From: Octopus vulgaris
Taxonomy: Eukaryota
Assembly: GCA_951406725.2 (NCBI GenBank)
Contig: OX597818.1
Location: 37,324,001 to 37,388,000, forward strand
Length of the DNA: 64,000 nt
Reading direction: 5' to 3'
Made by a program: the position numbers and the translations under genes. The notes under the pieces were generated by a model. It had not been told where the DNA came from and did not search any database. It saw nothing but the letters and a program-made list of their open reading frames with translations. Shown piece by piece: positions 13,664 through 26,192 of the stretch; position 1 is the first letter of the stretch, and every line of letters starts with the position of its first letter.

Positions 13664-14363
13664 CTAATAACTATAATCCCAACTTCAACCCATTTCCTTC
13701 AGTTCTTAACACTCCAGTTGTCTCTTTTTTCACTTGGGATCAGGAGACTGTATTTCCCAGGAATTATTTATTTCCTCTTATATACTTACATATATCCAGC
13801 TCATAAGTAATAAGTTACAATGACACCAGTTATTATATTTTTCATACTATTTATCTAATCAACTGGAAATTAGCCATTTTAAGCTAGTTTAATTACTGAG
13901 CTTAAGCTTCTTCATCAGGTTAGTGATTATTTTTTTAGCATTTGCATTTCTGTTTGATTTCGTATTTATTTATATATTTCCTTACAGATTCTTTATAGCA
14001 TGTAGTCTTTTTGATTATTTGTAGGCAAAGGAGGTGGGTGGAGTCTGATTTCTATTTTGGAGGTAGAATTACAAGCAGGTAGAAAGTTGATTGGCTGTAG
14101 ATTATTTCTCAATGCTTTTCAAGTGTTATATTAATCACTATGGGAATGAGAAAGTTGTGCAAAAATGAATGAATCATTTAATCACATGCCAGCTAGCTTT
14201 CTTTTTCACATAGGCTTATATGATAAAGTTAGCCAGGTGAAGCCCATCTTTCTATAGGCTGCTGATTACAGCCAGAAATCACTGTTACAAAAAAATAATT
14301 GAAGTGAAACGGCACATTTAGGACTTGAAATTGTTTTGTAGATTCACTTGCTAGAAACTTTAA

Positions 14364-14585
14364 CCCTTTCATTACCGTATTTATTTTGAGATGCTCTGTG
14401 TTTCTTTCAATTATTTTAAATATGACAAAGAATTTAGTAAAATAACTTAGTTACCATTTAGCTAGTGTCAGTAACATAAATTGTGACAAAGGTTTGGTGG
14501 AAGATTTTAATTCAAAACTTAAGAAAACAAAACATTTGTACTACAGTGCCAGAAGGTGGTTTCGGCCAGGTTGGTAATGAAAGGG
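14364..14585. mobile_element. piggyBac-type MITE family 2
   Basis: TTAA|CCCTTTCATTACC ... GGTAATGAAAGGG|TTAA (13-bp perfect TIR); closely similar copies at 19182 and 26193. Confidence 0.9.
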
Positions 14586-14826
14586 TTAACATTACTTTAT
14601 TATAGTCAAATCACAACATTTATAGATAAAAGCAATTTTGAAAAACAAGTGGAAAAACAAATTTGAAGTTAACTCAGCATCCCAAATTACAGCCATTTAA
14701 AAAGAAACCCTCCTGTCTTCATGTGGATTCATTTTTCTGTGCTATAGTTTTGTTGATGACTAACTAAATCCATATTTCTTTATATCAAGGGAAAGTTATC
14801 TGCTTGTTAAAATGTCCCTTGAAATA

Positions 14827-15755
14827 TTGGGTCATCCCATAAATAATGCAGTTTTTTCAATTGCATGAAAAATTGGAGGGGGACGGGATAAACTACCTGC
14901 ATCAACTTGCTATAAAAGCAGGTAGTAATTTTACCTTGTCCTTATCCTTATTTACCTTGTCCTTATTCTTAGTGCAAGTTTTGAAGAGTGCAATTCGATT
15001 TTAAGTTATTTTTTCAGTTATAATGAAAGTGACAAAGGAGCATATTCAGCATATTTTGCTTTATGAGTTCAATAAAGGCAACAGCACAACAGAAAGTGCA
15101 AAGAATATTAATGCAGTATATGGGGTTTGGACAATAAGCATGAGCCAATATCAATGGTGGTTCCAGAAATTCCAAGCCAGAAACTACAGCCTAGAAGATG
15201 AGCCTCATCCTGCAAGACCTGTAGTGCTCGACAAAGATGTCCTGCAAACCTTGGTGGAGCAAAATCCCATTGTAACTGTTGAGGAACTAGCAGAGAATCT
15301 TGTATTTGGTCATTCAACCAGTCATTCCGGTCAGCACTAGAAGAAAAACAACAATCTTTGGTTTCAAGACAAAAGGTGTTCTTCCACCTGGTTAATGCTC
15401 AACCACATACAGCGAAGATGACATTCCAAAGGCTGGAGCAGTTTGAATGGGAAACGATGCCCCACCCACCATATTCACCAGACATTGCTCCATCTGATTA
15501 TCATTTATTCCACAGTCTTCAAAATCATTTGGATGGAAAAAATATAAGTTCTGTAGATGAGATCAGAACAGTTAGAGGAATATTTTTCATCACAGAGTGA
15601 ATTTTGGAAGAGGGGCCTTACAAGTCCACCAGCTAGATGGAAGAGCATTGTAGAAAATGAAGGAGAGTATATTTTAAATTAAAAAAGAACTATATCTTAA
15701 TTTTGGAAAATAAAAAAAGTATTAAAAAAACCACATTATTTATGGGATGATCCAA
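14827..15755 (+). mobile_element. Internally deleted mariner (DD34D) transposon with transposase pseudogene
   Basis: TA|TTGGGTCATCCCATAAATAATG ... CATTATTTATGGGATGATCCAA|TA. ORF 15023-15340 is the HTH N-terminus (ILLYEFNKG...WFQKF...LEDEP); ORF 15358-15600 has HPPYSPDIAPSDYHLF. Confidence 0.95.
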
Positions 15756-16168
15756 TACTTTGGTGGTTAATTTTACTATTACCATGTATGGTAGTATTTC
15801 TTTGCCAAACACAAACCACACTAGCTTCATAATAACAATTCTTACTTTAGTAGCCAAATCATTTTGAAACATTCTGAGAAAGTTTTTCAAAATATCTCCA
15901 CCACAACCATTTAACACAAGACTTTTCTTCCTATTCTGTACAAAAGTAATCCTTTGTAATGATAAAATAATGTTGTCAGCTGGTATTAATCTCAGGAAAT
16001 TTAATAATAATGCTTACTACACTTCTTTTATTTGTTTCTGCAGTGAGGAGCCCATAGTTTACAGCAGTGGTTCCCAACCTGTGGTCTGCTGACCCCTGGT
16101 GGCCCACAGAGGTAGTACTGGGGGTCTGTGAACTAAATTCAAAATTTCATATATATATATATATATAT

Positions 16169-16474
16169 AAACAATTGCAGCATGAAAGGTGTTTATAAGC
16201 CATTTAAGAAACACATAATAACCGTTAGATCCACTTCAACATTTAAATTTAATTTGTCAAAATATTTTCGTCGCTTTGAGATTGCGACCTGTTCACTGAC
16301 AAAACTACGTGCTGCATCTCTTATTTTGATAAATTAAATTCAAATGTTGAAGTGAATCTAACAGTTTTTGTGTGTTTCTTAAATGGCTTATAAACACCTT
16401 CCACGCTGCAATTGTTTTCGTTCCAGCACATGATCTCAGATCAAGTTACTCGCTATGCAAGTACATCTCCGTAA
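16169..16474 (-). mobile_element. Fold-back element in (TA)n, probable Penelope-like terminal relic
   Basis: About 96-bp inverted arms 16169-16264 / 16322-16417, one-sided extension to about 16474, (TA)n on both sides, hammerhead-like motif inside. Confidence 0.65.
16253..16303 (-). ncRNA. Minimal type I hammerhead-ribozyme-like motif, G3-C8 variant
   Basis: Minus strand reads UUUGUCA-GUGAACA-G-GUCGC-aaucucaaa-GCGAC-GAA-AAUAUU-U-UGACAAA: 7-bp stem I, core, 5-bp stem II, GAAA, palindromic stem III. Confidence 0.55.
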
Positions 16475-16541
<67 letters not shown>

Positions 16542-16960
16542 AGGATAAACATATTAAAAGGGGGCTGTGAGAAAACTCATTTAAATATAAGGGATCCTTG
16601 GTCGTGAAAAGATTGGAAACCACTTGTTTTCAGTAACCACATTCACCTATTGTCTTTTGGCCTGATATCTTCGACATATCTCCAGATTCTCTACTCTACC
16701 CTAACGTTTCTCTCTCTCTCTTTCTTTCCCATTTACTTTCTTACCCACCCTCCATGAATACATCACATAATCATTAATTTAGTGGGGTACTTTTGAAATA
16801 GTAAAGCCATTAAACTATCACCCTGTGGTCATACAAAATTTTCTTCGACTTACTATACTCCTAAGTCTACGTAGTTGAAGGGCCTTTCATCATATAATCA
16901 AAACATAATTCTCTTTTCTGATCAGCACACTTTATTTTTGAATATATCAAATAATAATTT

Positions 16961-17175
16961 AAGGCAGCGAGCTGGCAGAAACGTTAGCATGCTAGGCAAA
17001 ACGCTTAGAGGTATTTTGTCTGTCTTTACATTCTGAGTTCAAATTCCGCTGAGGTCGACTCTGCCTTTCATCTTTTCGGGGTTGATAAATTAAGTACCAG
17101 TTGTGCACTGGGTTTGATCTAATTGACTGGCCCCCTCCCCAAAAAATTCTGGGCCTTGTGCCTAAGAGTAGAAAC
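16961..17175 (+). mobile_element. tRNA-headed SINE, family B
   Basis: AAGGCAGCGAGCTGGCAGAAACGTTAGC...CTGAGTTCAAATTCCGC...GCCTTTCATCTTTTCGGGGTTGATAAATTAAGTACCAG; several copies in the window. Confidence 0.85.
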
Positions 17176-17711
17176 AAATTTATCAATTATTACTACCTGC
17201 CAAGAAAGATAACCAAAATTCAGATCACTAAATTACTGTGTAGAAAGGCTTCAATAATTCTTCCAATGCTTTTAAAAATAACCTAGGCATTTAAAAAAAA
17301 ATTAATTCATTGAAAATTACAAGATAACAATTCCCTAGGAATTACAGCTTTGGTTAATTAGAACAGAAAGGAGACTGAATTTGTTGACCTTTCGCAAAGT
17401 AAGTTCTTGACTCGACCATTTCCATTTAGTTGGTTGTAGACATTTGTAAAAGTTTTCCCATGTCATGAAAACTGTCATTGACATTATTGAATTCCAGTTG
17501 TATACACTAATTCATTAGCTTCAGAATAAATAGTGTCCTGACTCGTGTCGTAGCACCAACTAAGGACAGCAATGTCTTAGGTTTTTAACTGTGGTGAAAA
17601 AGGAGAGGTATACCTAAAGATGGATTAAACATAAATGTTCATTAAAATGATTCTTAAAACTTAAACCCAGACAAGCATTTTTCAAATATTCTCAGCTATT
17701 TTTGAATTGGT

Positions 17712-18125
17712 AAAGGCAGTGGATTGACAGTATTGTTAGAGAATTAGAAAAATGCTTTGTGTCATTTGGTCCTGCACTTTGCATTCTCACTTTGCGCAGA
17801 GGCGGTACCATAGCCAATGAGGGTTATCCGAGGCGTGGTTATTGCTAGTTGAAAACTTTGCATTCTCAGTTCAAATCCTGCCAAAATCAACTTTACCTTT
17901 CATTTTTTGAAGGTTGATAAGTATTAATCAAGTAGTGGGGTTGATTGCTCAGTAGAATTTTGTCCGTCTTTACATTCTGAGTTCAAATACCACCAAGGTT
18001 GACTTTGCCTTACATCCTTTCGGGTTTGAGGAAATAAGTGCCAGTTAAGTACTAGGATTTATGTTATCAACTAATCCCCTATCCCTAAATTTCAGGCCGT
18101 GTGCCTCTAGTAGAAAGGATTATTA
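17712..18125 (+). mobile_element. Two adjacent degraded family B SINE copies; the first is interrupted by the U4 retrocopy
   Basis: Repeated GTTCAAAT B-box-like and CTTTCAT/TACATCCTTTCGGG body motifs. Confidence 0.65.
17789..17859 (+). pseudogene. 3'-truncated U4 snRNA retrocopy
   Basis: CTTTGCGCAGAGGCGGTACCATAGCCAATGAGGGTTATCCGAGGCGTGGTTATTGCTAGTTGAAAACTTT matches the first ~70 nt of metazoan U4; flanked by direct repeat ACTTTGCATTCTCA (17776-17789, 17855-17868). Confidence 0.9.
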
Positions 18126-19181
18126 TTATTAATTTGAGCAATGGGTAATAGATTCAATAAAATAATAGGCAAAATGCTGTGTTATTTAGTTAAATCCTTA
18201 TACATTTGAATTCAAATCTTCCTGAACTCAACTGTCCTCCTTTTGGGTGAGATCAATTTAAAATTTCTGGACTTATGCCAATATAAGAAACCAATTTTAT
18301 TTTAATTTTTTTTCTTTATTATTATTGTTTACCTTGGTTTTCTTTCTCGTTATTATTTTGTTCATGTTTTTTATGTTTTTGTTAACATTTTTATTCAATT
18401 TGTTAGTTTTTGTTCTTTTTTGTTTTGTTTTGTTTTTTTTTTCTTTTAATTTGACATTTCATCTAAGCCAAATTTCTTCACCTTAATTCCTCAAATGTGA
18501 ATACGTTTAAAAAAAAAAAAAAAGTACAAATGTACATATTTATGTACCTGTTTTCTGTAATTTATTTTGAATAGTAATTTTCTGCAGAAATACTGTAGAT
18601 GAAATATATTAAAAAAATATATAAATTAAAGATATTTTATAGAATTGAATAGAAATTTTTGGGTATCCTAAAATCCTGCAAATTTTTTCTGCAGCCGGAG
18701 AATTGCGGAATTCTTCCGGGACAGGTAAATATAAGCATATACACATTTATTTTAGAAAATGATTGCACTTTTTTTATGGGATTTTTCAGCCTCTACAAGT
18801 GAACTGTTTATGCATACACATTAACAAATGGAAAATTTGGTTGAAGGGAGAATTGTAAATCTGAATCATTAATTTATTATTTATAATTCTTAGAAATTAG
18901 CAAAATCGGGGTAGAGTACCAAACTGAACATCCTACATTCTATGTACTATGTTCAAATACTGCCATGGTTGACTTTATTATTTACTTCTCTGGGTTTGAT
19001 AGATATGTAATAAGTTTTATATACCGGGGTTTGTTTCCATTGCTTGTACTTCCTACCCTTCCTCTCCAATGTATTTTATTAAAATATATCCTTTTATTTA
19101 TTTATTTATTTAGCTCAAATATTAGAAATATATAAATTTGAATTAATTCAAGTACATGGTTGTGATAACATCTACATACAA

Positions 19182-19401
19182 CCCTTTCGTTACTGTATTT
19201 CTTTTGAGATGCTCTGTGTTTCTTTTAATTACTTTAAATATAACAAAATATTTAGTAAAATAACTTAGTTATCATTGAGCTAGTGTTAGGAACATAAATT
19301 GTGACTAAGGTTTGGTGGAAGATTTTAATTCAAACCTTATGAAAACAAGACATTTGTACTGAGAGCCAGAGCCGGTTTCAGCCGGGTTGGTAATGAAAGG
19401 G
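19182..19401. mobile_element. piggyBac-type MITE family 2
   Basis: CCCTTTCGTTACTG ... GGTAATGAAAGGG|TTAA; left TTAA mutated. Confidence 0.88.
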
Positions 19402-20294
19402 TTAATTAAATAGTTTGATATCTTGAGGGTAGGGGGAAACCACTTCTGTGGCTTCTATCTTAAGACATTCTGGCTATTAAATCACTGACTATTGAAAATA
19501 ATAAAAATAGTTGTTCCTTTACAATGGGGACTGCCCCTGGTTGGTGGTTAGTCATTATACAATTTGTTAGCATCAACATGTCCTCACTCCATCCCACTCG
19601 TTTTTGTTTTTGTTTTTTTTTTTTTTCCTTTTATTAATATTAATCACTGGCAACCGTTCTTTCGATGTAAATTGGGATTTTTTTTTTTTTTCCGCAAGAA
19701 ACGTCTATGTAACTTTTTATTCCTATGTTATTGGTTTCATTTTTAAAATTACATATTGGTGGAATGTGATAACTCTTTATATATATATAACTACTAAATA
19801 AATATGTTTTAATGGCTGTGTGGGTTTGTATGGGCAAGGTGGGAAGGACCCTTAGTTATCTCCAAACATTGCATTACTGTTTCTTCATGAAAGGTCATTG
19901 CAACATGCATGTCTATAATTTCTATGACCTTGTTGATCGCCTCAAAAGGTATTATCTAATTATGTATGTCTTGGTGGCAAAAAGTAAAGTTTTAAAGTTA
20001 AGCATATATACATTTTTTTTTTATTTTTAATACTTTTTTCTTTCAGAACAGAAAGAAATAAGTTGTTTTTTTTCTTATTTGTGGTTTCTAAATTTCCAGA
20101 TGAAGTTGTCTTTAAATTCTCATCTTTTCTGAATATATGGGGCCTGCTTATTTTGACATATTGATTTAATTATATTATTTTAATTATATGTTGCTGTTGT
20201 TGTTCTTTTAGAGTATAGGCTAATTTGTGCATGTGTTTGTGTTTATGAGTGTGTGTGTGTGCAAATATATATATATATATATATATATATAGGT

Positions 20295-22430
20295 ATCATC
20301 ATCATCATTTGACATCCACTTTCCGTACTGGCATGGGCTGGATGGTTTGACTGAGGACTGGCAAGCCAGGAGGCTGTACCAGGCTCCAGTCTGATCTGGC
20401 ATGGTTTCTACAGCTGGATGCCCTTCCTAATGCCAACCACTCTGAGAGTATAGTGGGTGCTTTTACGTGCCACTGGCACAGAGGCCAGTCAGGCAGCACT
20501 GGCATCAGCCACAATTACAATTTAATTTGATTCAATAGGTCTTCTCAAGCACAGCATATTGCCTGACGATTGAAGGGTACTTTTAAACAGGCCAGTTATG
20601 CAACACCAGCATTGGTCGCAGCTATGATCTCACTTGACAGGTCTTCTCAATCACAGCATATCTCCAAAGGTCTCAGTTGCTTGTCATTGCCTCTGTGAGG
20701 CCCAACATTCAAAGGTTGTGCTTCACCACCTAATCCCATGTCTTCCTGGGTCTACCTTCCCACAGGTTCCTTCCACTGTTAAGATGTGATACTTCTTTAC
20801 ACAGCTGTCCTCATCCATACGCAACACATGACCATACCAGTGCAGTCATTTCTCTTGCACACCACATCTGATGTTTCTTATGTCCAACTTTTCTGAAAGT
20901 GCTTACACTCTATCATGTATGCACACTGACATTACACATCTAGTGGAGTATACTGGCTTCATTTCTTTCAAGCCTACGCATGTCCTCAGGAGTCACAGCC
21001 CATGTTTCACTACCATGTAGCATGGCTGTTCACACACATGCATCATACAGTCTACCTTTCACTGTGAGTGAGAGGCCCTTTGTTACCAGCAGAGGTAGGA
21101 GCTCTCTGAACCTTGCCCAAGCTATTCTTATTCTAGCAGCTATGCTCTCAGAGCATCCACTCTCGCTACAGACTTGGTCACCTAAGTAACGGAAGCTATC
21201 AACTAATTCTGGCATGTGATGGAGTCTGTTTTCTGTACATCTTCAGTGTTTATTGCCCCTGTGCATCTGCCACACATGCAAAAGCTGTTTTCCTAGTTAA
21301 CCTTCCTTTGATATAGCTGCACCTCTTATGTGTCCATAGCTTACACTAGGTACATCTTAAAGGAGTTTCTACCTACGCCTTTTCTACAGGGCCATCTACC
21401 TGAAGGGGTTTGTGATTTTTCTGCCTTCCTACTTATTAAGATTTTGGTTTTTGCTAGATTGACTCTTAGGCCCTTCAATTCTGGACCTTGTTTCCACATC
21501 TGAAACTTCTTCTCTAGTTCTGGTAGTGACTCAGCTATTAGAGCAGGGTCATCAGCATAGAGGAGCTCCCAGGGGCAGCCTGTCTTGAATTCCTCTGTTA
21601 TTGCCTGGAGGACTATGATGAATATGAAGAAGCTAAAGACTGATTCTTGGTGAACCCCTACTTCTACCCCGAATTCTTCATTATTCTTGTTGCCAATCCT
21701 CACCTTACTGACAGACTCTCTTTCTCCTGTTCATTCCTTTCATTTAGCAACCTTTCATAGTGGTGTCTACAAGTCTTTCTTTGCAGCATCATTAAATGCA
21801 AGTGAGCCATCATCCATGCGGATATATTTCTCTCCTATGACATCACAATTCTCTCTCACACACTGTTTTGCAATATGAAACACTTCGAGTCTCTGGTCCT
21901 CACAATCCAGAACATTGGCAAATTTTTTTTATCTGCTTCCCCTCTGGCTAAGTAAACCTGTCTCCTAGCTTCCCTTCTGACCATCTGATACATTTCCCTA
22001 CTACCACCACACTTCCAGTCCTTCCATGCTCGTTTCTTTTTCCTAATGGCCCTGTCAACTACATTGTTCCACAACCATGTTACCTTAGGTCAAGAGGGAA
22101 CTTTGCACCAGCCATAGATCTGGTCAGTAGCCCTCAACAGGTTATCCCGTAGGAACTTTCAGTTGTCCTCCACACTATGTGTTGCTCTATCCTCTTCTTT
22201 TTCATCAAAAGCTTCAAGTAATACGTCTCTAAATATCTGTCAATTCAGAGGATCCTTTAACTTGCAAACCCTTCTTTTCCATACTGATCATCTTCTGGGC
22301 AGCCATTTAACCCTGATCCTGAAGTTGCTAACTACTAACCTATGTTGTGGGGTGCATTCTTCACCTGGGAAAGTTTTGGTATTTATAAGTAGCCATCTTT
22401 CCTGTTTATTTGAAATGGCTCACAGGAAAG
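20295..22430 (-). mobile_element. RTE-type LINE, 5'-truncated, RT pseudogene with 3' UTR and (GAT)n tail
   Basis: Minus-strand ORFs with VGVHQESVFS...PWELLYADD...GLRVNLAKTK and VDSFRYLG...ARIRIAWARFRELLPLL...RLYDACV; frameshifts and stops; (CAT)n at 20295. Confidence 0.92.
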
Positions 22431-22448
22431 ATGGCTACTTAAAACTCC

Positions 22449-23215
22449 TAACAGAGGAATTTTAAGACCAGCAGTCCATGAGAACTCCTTGTATGCTGAT
22501 GAACTTCTTTTTATAGCTGAATTTGTAATGGATTTAGAGAAGAAATTCCAGTTGTGGAAGCAAAACTCAGAATCAAGAAGCCTCAGTGTAAACTTAACAA
22601 GGTTTTAGTATGTTGCAAAGAAGACAGGACCCTATTACTTTCAGAGATTCAACTGTGCTCAACAAGCAGAAAAGGAGTAAATAGAAATTCCATATAGGGT
22701 ATTAAGTGTAAACTGTGGACACACTAGAAGTGTAATGCAATCACAGGCAGCCTAGCAGTGAAGGTTGATTTGATTTCATATGTGGTTTATGCATAAGGGT
22801 AATTAGCAACAATAGCACACACAAAATATATTCCTTCAAATGCTCAGGAGGCTCTCTAGAAATAGTCATAAATTTTTGTTTCCTTAGTAACCTGATTGCT
22901 GTTGGAAGTGGATGTTCCAAAAGTATAAAAGTATAATGATAAAAGTTAATGATTGAAAAATGTTCAAAGTGTCATTCGCCTTTAGTGGTTAAAAAGGGTT
23001 TGTTTGTTTTTTTCTCAGAGTAAAGTGTAGATTGTATGATGCTTGTGTACAAAGTGTGATGTTGCATGGTAGTGAAATGCAGGTCTTTGAATGCAGAAGA
23101 TTTGCAAAGGCTAGAAAAAGTAAAGTGAGCATGTTCCACTGGATGTGTTATGTTAGTGTGCATGAACAACAGGGCACAAATGAACAGACAAAACATGCTG
23201 GATATTATCAATGAG
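22449..23215 (+). mobile_element. Older RTE-type LINE fragment in the opposite orientation
   Basis: ACAGAGGAATTTTAAGAC...TATGCTGATGA (YADx region) and ORF YDACVQSVMLHGSE; covers the same region as 20900-21610 but is more decayed. Confidence 0.8.
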
Positions 23216-24465
23216 CTTATGATCATAAGTCAAACAGTGTAGTCACTAGTTCACATACTGATCTTAAAATTCCTGTATGATGCAAAATCAGAGAATTTTA
23301 ATATATAAACGATGGGACCAAGCAAGCTATATTATGTTCTTTTTTTACATATCACATGATTACGAATGTACTGGTACTTAGTCATTCTGTATGAAACAGG
23401 TAACATGTATCAATAATATTCTAGGCTACAAGCTAGTGTGAGGGTTGGCATGTCAAAAAATAAACCCAACATTTCCTCTGCATGTCATAAAAGGCATCTA
23501 AAAGGAGTTGAGGTAGGATTTGCACTCTGGCCTCAAAACCTTCACTATCAATGACTACCCAGACACAGGGGTTGCAGGGTTGTTACCTGAGTGGTACAAT
23601 GGTGTTACTTGCCAGGAGTAGGGAACCATCAACAAATGGTAGATGCAATGACGTGAGGGAATGCCATCATACTATTACAAACCAGTAAGGTATTGTCAAG
23701 AATGTACATCCTCATATAACAGACACAACATGTCTGATGAAGGGCACATACCATGGTAAAAATAAACCCTGATTGTATAATAGCAAGACTGGCAAAGACA
23801 TAGGTACCTCAATGCACTCATTTAACCTACTGGAAATAGCAACACAGTATCCCTTGAAATGCTGCTTGACCATCCTGAGAAAAGGACACATTGAATAATT
23901 TAGTCATGGTTATACAAAATTACAGAATGACCACAGGTCTGCTTAATCTCAAGGCTGACCATGGGCTAAACAACAACTGTGCATTTGATTTTTGATTTTT
24001 CTACCCAAGCTGACTTCCTTGTTTCTTTACTTGAACGGATGATAAAACACTTGTTACTTTTGTTGAAATTAATAGTATATATTTCAGAAATGCCTCAGTG
24101 TGGTCACTTGACCTTTTAGAAATACCAAGCAAATTTCTCACAAACTGCACGTTATCTTACAAAAAAAAAAAAAGAGGTGCATTGCATAATGTTGACATGG
24201 AGCAACTGAGTCTGAGGAAATGACAGTTGGTCATAGTTTGAATGTCTTTGATCAGAGTTCTGTTTGAGTAGGGCTGACACGGGCCTAACCAATGTCTGTG
24301 CTGACATAATGCATTTACAACAACAGCAACACAAACAACTGAAACTTGAGATTTAATTAAACTATGGAATAAATATATTCAGAAACAAATCTAGCGTAAT
24401 TTAAGACTTATTGGAATTTATTCTCACACATTACTATATTGTGTAAATACTAAGTATGTTTTAGA

Positions 24466-24467
<2 letters not shown>

Positions 24468-24559
<92 letters not shown>

Positions 24560-24580
24560 CACACACATATGCACGCACAC
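24468..24580. repeat. (CT)n-(CTAT)n-(CA)n compound microsatellite
   Basis: Directly visible. Confidence 0.95.
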
Positions 24581-26192
24581 ACAACCTTATTACTTTGCTT
24601 GTAATTAAATATAATGGTTGGCTGAAGGGAATGAATTTTTTTTTTTTTTAATCTGTCTTTCCAGCTTACTAATTTTAAATTTATTCGAAATTTTGATAAT
24701 AGCATGAATTGCAGAATTCCTTTAAAAAATTATTCCAACTATCTCCTCCTGTTAATGAATGCTTCTTCTCGTAATGTTTTGAAGATCTAATAATTCTGAA
24801 AATACGATAAATATTACAGTCCTTCCTTTTTTTTAGTGATGTTTGCTTATTTATTAACTAATCCTTACCCACCTCTTATCATTCTTCAAGTTTATTACAA
24901 TGAGTTCCTATGTAGCTGATATAATACCATTTTACGGAGATTATTGAGTATAATGTTAAACTGTTCTTAGAATTATGTTCACTTTATCCCATACATATGA
25001 TTATTTAATGAATATACAGGAGTTATATGTAAGCTACTTCAGGTTTCATGCTTGGATAACACAGTAATAGGATGGGCTGGTATAATGTACTATGCATGAT
25101 CCAGCAATCCTTCTGGCTCAAATGACACAGCTACTCTGAGGAAATACAAAGAACTGCACCAACTTTCTAAAATGAGACCAGAAGTTTATACAAGATGCAA
25201 GCATCTCAACAAATTTCTGTTATCGAACTGGAAGAGACATGCAGTTTAACACACTTTAGCTTTTCCTCCATTTGACTACCTACTTTAGACATAGTTATTT
25301 TTACTGTAAACACCCAAACAGATTAAGGGCATATAACATTCTCATTTTCCTTTAATGTTTTTCCCTCATTTTTTTTTCTTTTTTTGTGATTTTTTTCTCA
25401 TTTTTTTTTTCCTTGCATTTCCTCACAGAGTAACCATGTCATTTGTACCTGAGCAGTTGCTGGATTGTGCCCTGTATGCTATCCAAGCATGGAACTTAAA
25501 TCCTGTTTTCATTAAATGATACTTGTCTCTCACTGGATGTGTCCATTTTTGCTGGTCCTACACACAAGCAAACAGTACAAAGTATATATATATATATATA
25601 TATAAGTTAGGTAGTAGTGTTCTCTTAGTATATTACAATTCCAAAATATTTAGTATTCTGTAAAGTTAGTGTACTAAACACAGTAGCATTTAGTTAGTTT
25701 AATTAAACAGATCAGAAAAAATTTAAATGCTATCACTATGCCATGTATGGGTCTTGAATAGAAAATGTTGTTTTTTTTTCTTTGGGGTGGTTTCCTATGC
25801 TTTTATCTATTAAACATGCATCTATATGGAATTACAGGTTGTGTTCAAATGAACAAATACGCACATCACTTTCTGTTTGTGTGAGCAAAAGCAACTGTAA
25901 TGTCTGTGGCAATGCCCCCTGCATCACCACATCCTCTGGCTGAAACAAGTAAAAAAAATATATTGAGGATAACATGCCAGTGTATGATTAATTGGTAGGA
26001 AAGATAAGGGAAGATCCAATATTGTGGAATAAAGTATTTGTAGATGATAATTGAAGGGAGACAATGCAGTGGATGTCTTGTTTGAATCTAAAGACAGAAA
26101 AAAATATGTTGGCATAGAGAAATAGCAAATAGGTGAATGCTTAATAGCATTTATACAACAGTACAACTGATTAAAATAGTAAAGTGCCTTAA

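Larger units (their letters stand above)
16065..16625. mobile_element. hAT (Charlie-like) MITE containing a nested insertion
   Basis: TIRs CAGTGGTTCCCAACCT / AGATTGGAAACCACTT; 8-bp TSD GTTTACAG (16057-16064) vs GTTTTCAG (16626-16633). Confidence 0.8.

Noticed and set aside
18535-18740. MITE bounded by TACCTGT...ACAGGTA
   Set aside because: The inverted repeat is too short and degenerate, with no TSD or second copy.
20295-23215. Single twin-primed LINE
   Set aside because: The two orientations cover the same part of the element and differ in decay, so they are independent copies.
23725-23790. CTGATGA-AGGG...CCCT-GA hammerhead candidate
   Set aside because: GAAA is replaced by GATT and there is no credible stem I or III; at most a decayed motif.
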